Below, piece by piece: positions 13,101-25,872 of a DNA stretch of 64,000 bases (position 1 is the first letter of the stretch; each line of letters opens with the position of its first letter). A program made the translations under genes and the position numbers. The stretch is from Cladosporium halotolerans (taxonomy: Eukaryota). The notes beneath the pieces were generated by a model, which made no database searches, was not told the origin of the DNA, and saw nothing but the letters and a program-made list of their open reading frames with translations. Location: positions 124,001 to 188,000 of the forward strand of contig NW_027191465.1 in NCBI RefSeq assembly GCF_011745625.1. Direction: 5' to 3'.

Positions 13101-14576
13101 CAGGTTCAATTCTCGATAGGTCGTTCTCATTTATCCGGGCCGTGAAGCGAGCGGGACGGGCTGGTTAAGGCATCCATCAGTTGTGATATGTCATTGAAAA
13201 CAGTCAAGAGAGCTTAGATACCTGCTCCTTCGGCTTTGAGACCGTCGCCACCGATGGCTAGCCGTGTTCTCGGCCCGTGTCCGCTTTCTATTGTATGATC
13301 AAGACGGTGCAGGGTAGCGTTTGTCTGTTGATCTTGGCCCGAGCGATGACTTCTTACTCAGGAGTTCGTCTGTTAGCCACAGCACTATGCCTATCTTCTC
13401 AACGTCATTGTCTTCTTATCCAATCGGAAATTAAAAGTCTACTGAATCGTTTGACCAGTATTGGTGAGAAATGCTTCTCCGGAATTGCGCTCCCGTGGCC
13501 CGTAACAACCCGTGGAGTGAGGCTTTCTCGAAGTCAAACGGAGCGTGAAAGCGTCGAGTGGCAACTACTGTTTCCTCTGAATCCTCTTGCTGCTGTCGAT
13601 CCACATAATCGCTGGTGATCAGGTTTCAGCGTTTGCCGAGACGTACGATTCGTCTGCCACTCCCTTCTCCCCTACAGAGCAACTGCCGCAGCGGCCAGTA
13701 AAGGGTCGAGTTCTTGAGCTATGATCCCAACAAATGCATCCGCGGTGCTCGGTCCGGTACAAGCCTTTGGCTCACACGTCTGTGTAAGGCTTGAGCACAG
13801 AATGAAGCACAGCGCTCTCGGTGTTCAGCCAGTGGGCAATCTGGCAGGGACGGTGCGGCCCAGCTAAAGTGGGCGGATCTCGAGCCGTCAAACAGACAAG
13901 TGGATGTGAAGCTGCGCTATGATCTTAAGGCACGATATCTCATTATTACTCGATCTCAGACCTACCTTGCCCAGATTTTGGTTATTGAACCGAGGCTCTG
14001 TGCACATCTGCGACTACTGTGCCATCCCGTCGCCGCTTTTGCTGGAACGATGTAGCCTCAACAAGCTGAGAATTTGGAAGCAGAATGGTTCTTTTCTAGT
14101 GTACGAGGAACGACGCAGCGAGCGAGCCTATCGGATTTTTGGACTTGGGGAAAAGCGGCTTGTGATTCCGAATTGCCGTCCCTCTAAGTCCTTGCTGCGC
14201 TTGCGCGGTTACAGTACGCAGGATCAGACAACTGGCAAGAAAGTCAGTTGTGCAGACTTGCATGCATCACGTCAAGCCTGACCGACCGTGTGGACATCAG
14301 ATCCTCTCTTCCCACATCCATCAAGAGCAAGATCTACTATTTCGACTTTTCACCGAGGACTAGGGGGGCTTCCAAGAGCAGTGAACACTGTGGCATATCC
14401 AGAATGCTGCAAGATCTTCCGAGGTAAGGAATCATTTTGAAGGCGTGGCAAGCAGGTAGCACGCTGTGTGCTCGAGCGTATGGAGACAAGTGGGAGTTCT
14501 ATGATTCCATCTATCTATCAGTTGGAGATTCCTCGAATGGATCCTAACCTACAAGGGACTCATGCCACAATATGCT

Positions 14577-15798
14577 CTAGTAATAGCTAGGAGCCGTGCC
14601 ATTGCCCTTCACCGGCTCTACAGCCCTGACAGACCCGTTGGCGCGCTCATAATAGTGAACTGCGCCCTTGGCCTGTGCACAAGAGCTCTTGCCATTCCTT
14701 TCCAGAGGCACGCCGTTGCCCTCTTGCGGACGTCCGTTGACATGGAAGTAGTACCACATCTCGGACAGTTGGGTGCGGCCATTGTCAGTCGAGCCCGTAC
14801 CAGCAGCAGTCTCGTTGTAGCGTGGGCCGGAGCACCCGACGTAAGGCGTGGCTCCGTACTCTGCAGCGAGGGCAGCCTCAATGTCCGCTACGCTGTATGT
14901 GGTGGTGTTGGAGGGCGTAATGTCATGCGCGGCGAGCCAGGTGAAGGTTGGCAGCCGACTGTTGTATAAGATCACGGTCTCAAAATAATCAATGACTTCT
15001 TCATGCTCGGAGTACTTGGGCCCGTAGCAAGGAATGTCAAAGGTGGAGAAGCAGGTGGCGTGCTTGGAGAATTCATGCTGCGGTGATGGTAAGTTACAGG
15101 TAACTGATTCGTTGTACAGCACTCGAGTTGTGAGACTTACACCCCAGAGGTCTTGGTTAGGCTGGTTCTGCGCAATCCAGTAGGTGTTCATGTACCCCAA
15201 AAGGTCGTAGCGGCCGTACGGCTCGAGGAACGTGCCGATGCCTGAGCCGTTGTACGGAGGAACGAAGGTGCCATTGGGCAGGGCATTGGTGGTATTGGGC
15301 GACGGAACTGGATCGTACTGACGGCTCAAATCGCAATATTGGGTGTACGAGCCGTTGCTGTTTTATGTGGTCAGCACACACGCCTTTGCCATGCACAACC
15401 TAAGGCATTCTCCCAATCCGGCAATTTGAGACCACAGACGCATGGCGTAGCTCTAGAAGGAATATCCCCAGACTTTGAAGTTGAGAAAATGATATCGAGG
15501 AGATGCAAACATACCAGAAATCCGGCCAGAGGCCATGAATCGTCCAGTTGACCTCGGGCAGCAATTGTCCTTCCGATTCCAAGCCAGTGTAGACGTCCCA
15601 GAACTGGGTCAGTAGCACCAGACCGCCGAAAGTCTCGACGCAGCACGAGTCAACAGTCAAAGGGTTCGCCTGCTGGGAGCAAGACTGGTAGTCTGGGACG
15701 ATCACGCAGCTGTGGTTCTCGTTGCTCTGGCCGGGATACAGCTGCGCAGAAGCACTGGCTGCTGTGAGAGCAGACGCTGTGATACTGGCTACCTTCAT
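14577..15798 (-). CDS. Secreted ribonuclease T2 family protein (~333 aa, 3 exons)
   Basis: Signal peptide MKVASITASALTAASASA; CAS I WTIHGLWPDFC; CAS II LWG|HEFSKHATC. Introns 15514-15358 and 15140-15078 keep the frame. Confidence 0.95.
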
Positions 15799-16605
15799 AT
15801 TGATATGTATGAAGAGCAGAGGATGTCGACGTAGAGAGGACGGTCAAGGCGAATGGGTGGAAGAAGGTAGGAAATACTGCAAACCGTAGTATTTCAACCA
15901 AAAAAGCCAGGCCCTACCTTTGGCCTCGAGCAATGCTCGAAAAAATAATCCGGCGATGCGGTCGGGACCTGCATGATGAATATGCAACCTCGTGCCTGGC
16001 ACGACGGTCGCGATTGGTATCTCTTCACGGCGAGGCGGGACGGAATAGGCAGGTGAGAGGAGCCAAGCGCGGCCACGTGCTGATCCCTGCCCACTGCCGA
16101 CTTCCACGCATCGTCACCAACATCTCCGGCGGGATCCATCAATATATCCGCAATATCGACCGTGGTAGACCACAGAGGGCTCTGACGCTCATGGCCGCTG
16201 CAAATCAGTCGGTCTCACGCTCAGTTATGTTGGAAATGCTTCGAGGGGACCAACTGGATTCCTTCGCTCCCGACTTCCCGCAAATCCAGAGAGAACATGT
16301 GTTGACTGGAGAGGCTGAGGAATCATATTCAATCGTACGGGTTGATTCACGAGGGCCTGTCATCAGATCGCCGAAGCATGGGCATACGCAGGCTCCAAAG
16401 TCTTCCAGCGAGGCCAGCCTATATCGACAGGGGACGTTGGCAATACGTATGGTGCGAGCCCAAGTGTATCTATCGCGCTCACGCTAAGGCTTTTTGATAC
16501 CCTTTACTTCATGATAGCTACTTCATTCTTTCGAAGACGGCTTAGAAGAGACCAATTGTATATGATCTGTTACATGCACGAACATGGTTCAATTTACGTC
16601 GCCGA

Positions 16606-18710
16606 TCATTCGCCACTCAGAGAACGCTTGATGTCCTCCGCAAGCTTTTCTGCATGGGCGTCTGGATCACTGTCAGCAATTTTCGGGATTTCACGGCAAG
16701 TGCAAAGACTTACACGTCGCCGCCTGCGTGTGACCAGGAGGCGTGAATCGGAATGAGGAAGAATCAATGACCCTCAAGCCCTTGACTCCGAAGACTCTGG
16801 CCATGGAGTCCACAACGGCCATTGTTTCATTGACTCTGCCCATCATGCCTGTACAGAAATTAGCGAGCAGCCCATCATGTCAAGCATTGCGTAGACGTAC
16901 ATGTCGAGGTTGCGTGATGAATCGGGCTAACGGCACCCTTGATGAAATCCAGCAAGTCTGCGTCAGTGGAAACATTCGTGCGAGGCGACTCTTCCGGACC
17001 AGTGGTGATGTTGACGTGGCTCCAAAACTCCCGGATACGCCTGTACGATTGCACGGCAACTTCCTGGTCAGCCTCATCGAGAAGCCAGTTAGTTGAGATG
17101 ACCGGCTTGTCATGCATGGAACCAGACTGGATCGTCAAGTTTCCGCGCGAGAGTGCTCCGACGAGGAGAATGCCGATATCGACGTAGTTCTGCTCAGTCG
17201 CGGAGGCTCCCTCCAGTGTACTTCCAGAGCTCGACAGCACATATTCAGTCTCGGGCCAATCGTCTGGCCATTCAGCCAGGCGCTCGCGTGTGCCGTTGCT
17301 CAGCTGAGAGCGGTAGGCTTCGGGAAGCTTTTCAAATGAAAGCACGTCTCCGCCTGTGTTCGTGAGGATGCCAGTGCCGTTCGTATTGAACTGCTCCTCG
17401 GCACGAGCTTCATACTCGGCATCTCGCTGCCTGATAGCTGTGCTGATCACGGAGACTGGGAAGGTGACACCGCCGGCGTTACAGGAGTCGTGCATGTTCT
17501 GTCCCACACCTGGGCGATCTGCAACGACTTGTATGCCGTTCTCCTCAAGTGTTTTGCGGGGCCCAACACCAGAAACCATGAGCAGCTGAGGCGAGTGCAT
17601 GACGCCGGCTGAGAGGATCACTTCCTTCTCCACGCTCAGCGTATAATTACGACCGACGCTTTGTACTCTGACGCCGGTGGCACGTTTGTCATCGTCGAAG
17701 AGGATCTCCATTGCCTGGGTCATTGGATAGACCGTCAGAGAAGAGCCCGATTCTATAGCTTGCTGGAGAAAGCTGCTCTCTGACGAAGACCGGGTCTGGT
17801 ACTTTGGATCTATGGTCGAAGGCTGCCAATTGTCAGCGGGTAATCATGATGACATGTATCAAACAGGGACCTCATCTCACGTACGTTGTACGCTGCGCCG
17901 TGCAAATTGCCGTCACTGAAGAAGTTGCTCAACCGTGGCATACCAGCAGCGAACAAAGCCTTCAGGCCCCATGAGGAAAATGGCATGGCAAAGTTGGACC
18001 ATGAGACTTGGAGCGGTCCGCCAGTTTGCAGGCTTGCAGTGACAGCATAGTCCGTGACAGATGCATTTGCAACCCTCAGAGAGTTGTTGTGCGCCGTCAC
18101 ATGCACACTCTTGTCGAAAAACTGACGCATGTTGTCCCATCGATAGCTGTCGTCCCCAACTTGAGCAGCCCAGTAGTCGTAGCTTCCCCGAGATCCTCTT
18201 TGGTAGATCATCTGATTACGAATGCTGCTACCACCGAGGCCTTTGCCTTGAGCGTACAAAAGGGTGTTCCCTTGCAGTTGCTAACATCCAAACGTGAGCA
18301 TGGTGTAACATGGGATCATACAGGGAGGGGATATCACTGCGATGTAGGATACTTACGGGCTGGGGAACAGTGTTCAGCTCCCAGTCAATCCACGGATTCA
18401 CATACTCGCCGTCTCCAGAAACGCTACTGTAAGAGTATGCTGGGACCTGACTGTTATTGCCGTTACTGATCTCAGAGAATGTACCAGGTTCGACAACAGC
18501 AACAGACAAAGAACGGTTCTCTGCCAGGCGTGAGGCAACAGTCAAACCGGCAGTACCACCGCCGACCACAACATAATCATATGTAGCATTTTGTCCCGGC
18601 AGACCGAAGAAGGTGCCATACTGCTGCACACCCCTTGGTTGTTCCCATGAAAGCGCGGTCGCTGGGGACGCAACCGCGAGGGCAGCCGCGCAAGACGAAA
18701 AGAAAGACAT
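16606..18710 (-). CDS. Secreted GMC oxidoreductase (AA3_2-like FAD-dependent oxidase/dehydrogenase, ~620 aa, 5 exons)
   Basis: Signal peptide MSFFSSCAAALAVASPATA; FAD-binding YDYVVVGGGTAGL; GKGLGGSS; EVILSAG...SPQLLMVSGVG; catalytic region HHATSTCMMG ... LRVIDSS ... PPGHTQ (His/His pair). Introns 18356-18281, 17884-17823, 16900-16849 and 16713-16662. Confidence 0.93.
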
Positions 18711-19908
18711 GGCTGAGCGAAACACTGAAGGACTGCGACGAGTGCCACTGAAAAGAGGCTGACATCCCTTCATATACTTCTGCACATCGCTGCGATGGAT
18801 CAATTGATCTCGGTGGACGCTACCCGTTTGATCGTCCACTTTGCGCAACGGTTTTTCGCGTTTTGGCGCTTTTGCTTCGAGTCGGACCAAAGGACGTCAG
18901 CTGCTTCGTTGGATCCGTATCGAAAAGGCATGTTCATTATCCTGATCCGGTTGACCGGCGTAGATCAAAGATGGGGCGCGGCCGTTGTGAGCCAGTGATG
19001 ACGTCCTTTTGGCGCCAGCGATTCGGACGAGCGACGGGAAACCTAGCCGCTCCAGAAATCGATCTGCTTTCTCCACGAAACTTGGGCCATATGATGTAGG
19101 AAATCGATGGCACAACGCAAGCCTGGCGAGGTTCTTGTGTTGGTCGATATCGGCGGCCTTCACCCGCGTTGCGATTGGGTTGCGATCTGATTTTGGACGA
19201 TCGAGCCGGGTCCGAAATCGGAGCATTCTGCATGTCGTTACTCAGCATCTTTGAATGCATGTAAAGACCCTTTTTTAAGAGTGATGTTCCAGGCAGGTTC
19301 TTATACCGATCAATTATTGAAAAAGTTCCCACTACTGAAAATAGTTGTAGGGGAGCGGCCGTGAATATCACGGCACAAGATCACAATAACAAATGGCGAG
19401 AGAAGTCACCCCCTGTGATATTGACAAAGTAATGATACAGTAGTGCCCTACCGTAAGAGCGGCGCTTGCATGAGGTACTCCAGCCAAGCCCTGTTTGCGA
19501 AAGCATGTCTCTATCATGAAGAGTGAGCAATAAGCAGGGCTTCGTGGAGCATGAGGCAGGATAGAACAAAAGAAGTTCTCACGTAGGTGGCTTTTTGGAC
19601 CAGAAGCGAAGCGAGTGTGACACAACAATGTGACCTTGTGTGATCCTTCGGCAAGAGCGGCAAGTTGTGGCTGAACATCGCTCGCCAGGAACAAAACACT
19701 GATACTTTCCCCGACACTGTCGTCCTTGCAGGCGAGCAAAACAAGTCTGGATTACGAACCTTATGAATTATCAGCCCATGAACTTGCAGACCATCAGCTA
19801 TACCATTGTGTCAATTACATAACGAAACTCGCGTTCTTCCGATTAGCCAAGGCTTCTACAATCACTGAGCCTTAGCCTCAGCCGCAGCCAGCTCCAAGCC
19901 GTGCCAAA

Positions 19909-20214
19909 ATGGGTGCAAAATCATGGGCAGTACCTGTTGGCGTCTTAGCCGCCATCGTTGTCGTTGGGTTGATCTTTTTCTGGATCTGGTTCCCTCGCGC
20001 ATGGCAATATGGCGTCAACCGCGACGCGGATGAGATCGACACGGCCCCGATTGGACCCGAAAGAGAAGCGCAACGACAGAGAAACCGCGAGATCATTGAG
20101 CGATTCGCTCGGGCGAGAGCGAGAGAAAGGGGAGAGTTGATGGAGGATGATGATGTGGAGATGGCAGGAGCGAGTAACGCGAAAGCACCGCCGGCACCAG
20201 CAACGAATGCGTAA
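19909..20214 (+). CDS. Small single-pass membrane protein of unknown function (101 aa)
   Basis: ATG in good context (AAAATG). One hydrophobic segment WAVPVGVLAAIVVVGLIFFWIWF is followed by a charged helical tail; composition is protein-like. Confidence 0.7.
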   Translation: MGAKSWAVPVGVLAAIVVVGLIFFWIWFPRAWQYGVNRDADEIDTAPIGPEREAQRQRNREIIERFARARARERGELMEDDDVEMAGASNAKAPPAPATNA

Positions 20215-20358
20215 ATTGTGGAAGGCTATTCTTTCAGGGACGTTGCTTACGATTTGACGACACCTGCGAAAGACTCGCATGATATGGCTAGTTACTCTTA
20301 CTCAGCCTTGTGTAACTGGCTGACATCTTTATTTCTCTAAACGCGCTTTATATTGACC

Positions 20359-21295
20359 TCAATACGTGCCCGGCAGCTGACTGATCCTGCCACCATCAAT
20401 GACTGTCAAGTTTCCATTGAGGTAGGCCCCAGCCGCGCTGGCCAGATACATCACCGTGCCTGCGATATCACCATCCCTCCCCGTCCTCTCTGCCGGAATC
20501 ACCTTACCGTCGATGCTGCCCTCCTCTGTCGGGTCGCCTTTAGGCTTGGTGCCTGCGATCAAGTTCTCTGACAAATCGCTGGGGAACAGTCCAGGTGCAA
20601 TACCATTGACGCGGATGGAATAAGAACCCAGAGTACCCGCCAGGTGCTTCACTAGATGCGTGGCCGCGGCCTTCGAAGCACTGTACGCCATGTTGCTGCC
20701 CGGTACACGGAGGTATCCGGCGATCGAGGACGTGACGAGGACCTGAGACTTGCGTCCTGTGCAGTTGCCTTTCTTGTTACCGGCATCAAGGAGCTCCAGG
20801 AATGCGAAGGTCGTGAACGCAACACTCGTTGAGTTGGTTGAAAACGTGTTGTCCCACTCCGAAGGATCTTGTTGCAGAGCGGCTTGAGCGAACTCGCTCA
20901 GGGACGCTTCGCCTGCTTTGGCGGCGATAGGCTTGTGCATGACACCGGAGTTGCAGCATACGAGGTTGACGTAGCCGACATCATTTTTGACTTGCTCCGC
21001 CAAGCTGATAAGGCTGTCTTTGCTTGTTACATCACCCACGAGAGGGACGATGTTGCTCGGAGAGATCTTGGCCGCTTCCTCGAGCTTCTCCTTGCGGCGG
21101 CCGACAATGTAGACTTTGTGTGCGCCGTTGAGTGCAAAGGCTTTGGTCATCATATAACCAATACCTATAACATCGCGTGTTAGCTTCTCGGTCATCCGCA
21201 CAAGTCATCTGGCGTGATTTACCCGTTGCGCCACCGGTGATGACCACTACCATCCCGGACACACCGAACAGCTGCTTTGGATCGGTTTCGGCCAT
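20359..21295 (-). CDS. Short-chain dehydrogenase/reductase (classical SDR, ~292 aa, 2 exons)
   Basis: TGGATG|IG cofactor motif spans intron 21222-21165; CNSG; catalytic S...YSASK; IRVNGIAPGLFPS; C-terminal VIDGG. Confidence 0.93.
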
Positions 21296-21585
21296 GATTG
21301 CTGTTTTTGATTGCTGAGATGCTTGTCCTTCACCTACACGTAGAAGATCCTCCATAGAGGCTACCTAATACTTATACAGACATTGTCGTCAATCAAAGTG
21401 TAGCTGACGATGACATCATCCTATGTGTCGCACCCATGTCACTCCGATGTTGTGGATTCGTCACCCACAATATTATTTGGATACAAACAGAGTGAAATCC
21501 CACCAATTATTACATTATTCATGAGTTCGAAGTCGTCTCAAAATAAGGGTATCATATCGTCTCAGATCTCAAAAAAGGCTCGCTT

Positions 21586-23985
21586 CTACTTGGTCCTGAA
21601 TATCCCCTGCCCAAGCGCAGTCAAATATCCGTACCGCGTCAGCATCGTCGGATCGAACGACTCGCTTCCGTTGCTTCCGGAGCCTCCCACTGCCGCCTCA
21701 GCGAGGCCTTGCAAACCGTCGGCGCCACCTTGCACCAGCATTCGTCCCTTCTTGTTGACGACGAGTTCTCTGATCGCACCGTCCCATCCCTCGCTCTCCT
21801 GCTTTCCGGCCAAACCACGACCTTCGCCTAGACATTCAACCATTTGCTCCAATCCTTTGAGAGCCTCTGCACGGACTTTGGGGACGTCACAAAGTTCGCA
21901 GAGAGTCATGGCTGCGAGGGCGCCGAAATGGTGATTCAGGGGCGTGACAGGTGTCAGACGGGAGTTAAGGACGGTCGCAACCTTGACCGCGTGTTCTATC
22001 AACTCGACTGGCTCGGTCATTGGGTTCAGGCGTTTGATAAGCAGGTGGCAATGATGGTAGGATAGATGCACAAGATTCAGCGTTCCCCAGACACTCTCGA
22101 CAGACTCCCGGAAGCGATCGATTTCTCCTGCCAGGGTAAGGCCAAGCAGCGCTGATGCCGGGTTGGAAGGTGCCATAACGTCTGTCGAAGGCGTCTTCGT
22201 TGTTGTTAGGATGGAAGCGAGGTGGCCGATGATGAAAGAAAGGCGGGCAAGGTGATACGTGCTCTCTCCCAGAAGGATTTGGTCTTCCGGCAAGAGAACC
22301 ACGCTGTTCTCCGGAAGCTTAAGCAGATCGGCAGTAGAGGATGCGTGCCACCGATCAAGGATGAAGAGAACCCACCACACGCGGCGAGCAAGCCGCTCCT
22401 CGCTATCACGATCACCTTCCATAACGCTTGAGCTGGGCGCTGGGATGGTATTGATCTGGATCTGACCAGCTACGCCTGCAGCACGCCCAAGCCATTCAGC
22501 TCGTGAAGGACCTGCTTGGCCTCGGATTGTTGCAGGGCCATGGTTGTCAGTCTCTAACGCCATGATTAGAAGAGTTTGTAGGTAGACAAGGTTTGTAGCG
22601 GTCGTGTGTGTGCTAGGATTGTCGAACGGGTATTTGGCCAGAAGCTCGGCGGCGCGTTTTAATGCTTGCGGATAATTGACGTTCGGTGGTAGCGTTGTTG
22701 TGGGAAACGTGCGCATGTAGCAGTCGAGAGCAGCAAGAAACGCCTCTCGCAGTGAAGCCGGGCAGTCTCCGAGGCGTTGTCGCAATCGATTCTTGTTGTT
22801 CGGCAGTAAGGGAAAAGTCTGGTGGATCACACGGTAGTACTCGTTGATTACACTTTCGTCCCAATCGAAGGAGGAGATACTGGTAGGAGCTTGTTGGTCC
22901 ACAGGTTCGTACGGAAGGCTCGTAGAATCATTCCGATTCTCGATCCCGCCCATCCTCCAGAACGGCTGCGCATCATGGTATGATGGAGTGTGTGGTTGCG
23001 TGGGAGGCTGAGACTGGTTGTAGCTTGTTTGATATCCAGGATGATGGCTCTGAGGCGGCATATGTGGCGCCTGTTGGGAAGGCAGAGGCCTAGGCCTGGT
23101 GTTACTGTTCCACGCTCCGGACATGCCCCCGTATCTCCCTTCAGCTACTGAGTGAGTTCTCTTGTCCCCGGCTCGCGGCTCAATAACGATCACCCCGTTG
23201 TGCGAAGGACCGGGGCCTCCCTCGGCTTGCGGCCCTCCGCTTTGGCTTTGCTGAACTTGCATAACATGCCCAAAGCCGCCCTGCTGTATATTCTCGGCGA
23301 TCGCGCGCTGGACTTGTTGGATCTCCGCTTGGTGGTGAGCCCCGCCCACACCTGGTTCATGCACTTGCTGCTCCAAGGACTGCAGTCTCTCTGCAAGCTC
23401 CTTGATATATCCTTTGCTTGGTCCTCTCTTCAAGGGCTGTCTGCTGAAAGCACACGCCAAGCCCGTTCTCGTGCAGTTTGTACAAGGCGCAGTCGCCGTC
23501 TCGTCGACCGCGTCGCACCGGATCTTTTTCCGCCGGCACTCGTCGCACGCTCGCGAAACCTTCGTCCTGGGGGCTTTCTCACGAGTTGGATGGGTTGAAC
23601 CCGTATCTGGACTTCCATTTGACCGCGCGAAATGACCAGAACCGTGTGAAGCTGCGCCGGCGAATGGCGAGTCATGGTCTGCTTGCGCGCTGGAAGGCAG
23701 CAGAGCGCTGAGGCTACCAAACGAACCGAAGCCAGATTCTACCATAATGCGCTCGAGGTTGGCGCGCATCTGAGGGTCATCAGGGACGTCGCGCGGGTCG
23801 TCTCGTCTTCGCTCGGCTGGCTGCTGTTCTGCGCCGGCATGTCGCTGGGGTTCGTCGCGCTGTCCTTGGCCACGCTCTCGGTCATGATTATCGGTTGAGT
23901 AGAAGGGCAAGCGCGCATCTTGCGAAGGCGAAGGGTACGATTGCGTTTGATGTCCCGGCGTGCTGCCAGAAGGTCCCTCGGACAT
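21586..23985 (-). CDS. RGT1: Rgt1-like Zn(II)2Cys6 transcription factor (799 aa, single exon)
   Basis: RTKVSRACDECRRKKIRCD...CTNCTRTGLACAFSRQPLKRGPSKGY matches the Rgt1-type Zn cluster with its LKRGPSKGY tail; middle region ARRVWWVLFILDRWHA. The family call is firm; orthology and function are inferred. Confidence 0.85.
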   Translation of the reverse strand: MSEGPSGSTPGHQTQSYPSPSQDARLPFYSTDNHDRERGQGQRDEPQRHAGAEQQPAERRRDDPRDVPDDPQMRANLERIMVESGFGSFGSLSALLPSSAQADHDSPFAGAASHGSGHFARSNGSPDTGSTHPTREKAPRTKVSRACDECRRKKIRCDAVDETATAPCTNCTRTGLACAFSRQPLKRGPSKGYIKELAERLQSLEQQVHEPGVGGAHHQAEIQQVQRAIAENIQQGGFGHVMQVQQSQSGGPQAEGGPGPSHNGVIVIEPRAGDKRTHSVAEGRYGGMSGAWNSNTRPRPLPSQQAPHMPPQSHHPGYQTSYNQSQPPTQPHTPSYHDAQPFWRMGGIENRNDSTSLPYEPVDQQAPTSISSFDWDESVINEYYRVIHQTFPLLPNNKNRLRQRLGDCPASLREAFLAALDCYMRTFPTTTLPPNVNYPQALKRAAELLAKYPFDNPSTHTTATNLVYLQTLLIMALETDNHGPATIRGQAGPSRAEWLGRAAGVAGQIQINTIPAPSSSVMEGDRDSEERLARRVWWVLFILDRWHASSTADLLKLPENSVVLLPEDQILLGESTYHLARLSFIIGHLASILTTTKTPSTDVMAPSNPASALLGLTLAGEIDRFRESVESVWGTLNLVHLSYHHCHLLIKRLNPMTEPVELIEHAVKVATVLNSRLTPVTPLNHHFGALAAMTLCELCDVPKVRAEALKGLEQMVECLGEGRGLAGKQESEGWDGAIRELVVNKKGRMLVQGGADGLQGLAEAAVGGSGSNGSESFDPTMLTRYGYLTALGQGIFRTK

Positions 23986-24486
23986 GGTCGGATGACTGTT
24001 CGGCGGTAGGCTTCGATTGCCGGTATGAGTCGCTGGCGCTACGCTTCGTATATGAACATATGTCGCGCTCCACCTATATCCATCCTAGTCCGATCGATTG
24101 CTCGGCTAGGGTTGTGCGCAAATTTGGTCCTGGCATAGAGCCGCGGTGTAGTCAGCCTGGTGGTGGGCGAGCAGCGTGGTGAAGCCCACGCCTCGGCAGG
24201 CAGCCAGGTGGCAGCGTCCAGGCCGATCGCCCGCTAGCAAGCAGCAGTGGAAGAGATCCATGGCGACAATGCATGGTATGCCACAAAGCGCATCGGCCAG
24301 CGTGGCGATAGCGAAGCTCTCATATCATCGTGAAGATAGCTTCTCTGCATACTGAAGCCAATGGCATCGAGGCTGACAAGTCTCAGCTTTGGACGGACGG
24401 GTCAATGGTTATTCCGTGATTGATGGTGCAGCCTCGTTTCAGGCTGAGGCATCCACGGCTGGGTCTATCCACCGATTTGCTTGTCT

Positions 24487-25872
24487 TTACCTGCTACATC
24501 GGCATCCCTTCCAAATGCTTCCCCAGCCTCCCAAGCCAGAGGTGATGCCCGTGAACAAAATTAAAGCACCATACTTTGTTCCAAGCGCGAATCCCTCATC
24601 GCCCGTCACCGCACCAAGCTTCAGGAGTTCTACGCCAGAAAGCCCGCCGGCCACATACCCAATTCCTCTCGCGCCGTTCATGAACCCGTATATCATGCCT
24701 GAGCTGATTGCTTGATTATGATCCGCGGCCTCTCTCTCGAGATCCTTGATCCAGCCGCCCCAAGTGGACGAGTAGCCACTTGCAAAGAAGCCGTACCCTA
24801 TCGCAAACGCGATGAGCAAGCCTGGTACCGTGTTGGACTTGATAGCCCAGAGCAGGAAGACGCAAAGCGCAGATCCAAGCGCTGAAATAAGCGTGTTGTT
24901 GGTTCCAGACACATGTGCTCTGTCACTCAGCAAACCGAACCCGGTACTGGACAAGATGCCTGGAGCGTTGAACATGGCTATCATAGCCGTGCTCTCTGCG
25001 GCAGACAGGGACAGAAGTTGGGACGCATAGGTGGGCAAGTACGTCTGTGGTAAACCATAGCCACTGCTAAACGCAGCATTCGCCAGCGCATAGATGTAGA
25101 ATGTACGGTGCTTCAGAAAACTCCAGGGCATCAATTGTAGACGTCGTTGCGCAGATGGTGGCGGACTTGGTGTGACTAGCACTCCACCTAGACCAATCGC
25201 AAGCACGATGCCAGCCCAGATGCGCAAGGTGTTGCGAAGCCCCAGCCTGTGCAGCAGCGCTTGCATGATGAAAGGTCCAGCAGTACCTATGATGTTCTTG
25301 ATAGAGAACTGTACGCCGTAGGCTGTGGCTCTGTTTCCGTCGCGAAACCACTCGTCCAGCCATAGAGTCGTAGGCACGTACATCATTGCGTTACCAAAGG
25401 CGGCAATCAAGCCTTGCAAAGCGACGAGATGCCATACTTCTTTACTCCAGGAGGAGATCAGGAAGGCTGTTGCAGATACGAGTGCGCCAGCAATGGCGAC
25501 TTCGCGTCTCCAAGCACTCCATCGGCTACGCTCGAGCAACGTGGAAAGAAACGGCATGGATAGGTACATGACGCCGTTCATAGTTGTGCCGATTACACCA
25601 GTGGCACTGCGAGGCCCTCTGATGAGTTCTTGTTGCGTGTAGGCGTCCTGGAACACGCCGAAGGTCATTGCCATGCCTAGATACTGATCAGTCGTCCACT
25701 CACTCTGATGTAGATCACCTGTGAGGAGCTACGCACCCCATATAGGTATTTGCAAAATACCACACCCAAGAGAAATCATGATGGTACGCCTGCGTTGTGT
25801 GGACACGATTGAGGGACTTCGACTTTCATGGTCTGCCGAAGCATTTGCTGAGAGTTCTAATTGCTGTTCCAT
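24487..25872 (-). CDS. MFS transporter, monocarboxylate porter (Mch-like) family (~441 aa, 2 exons)
   Basis: Exon 1 (25872-25737; MEQQ...ILQIPIW), intron 25736-25677, then GMAMTFGVFQDAY. Also WLDEWF..RATAYG, YGLPQTYLPTYA and GLLSD; about 12 hydrophobic segments. Confidence 0.88.

Noticed and set aside
13095..13120. GGTTCAATTC as a tRNA T-loop (also GGTTCGAC near 7933)
   Set aside because: The flanks do not pair into a T-stem or cloverleaf.
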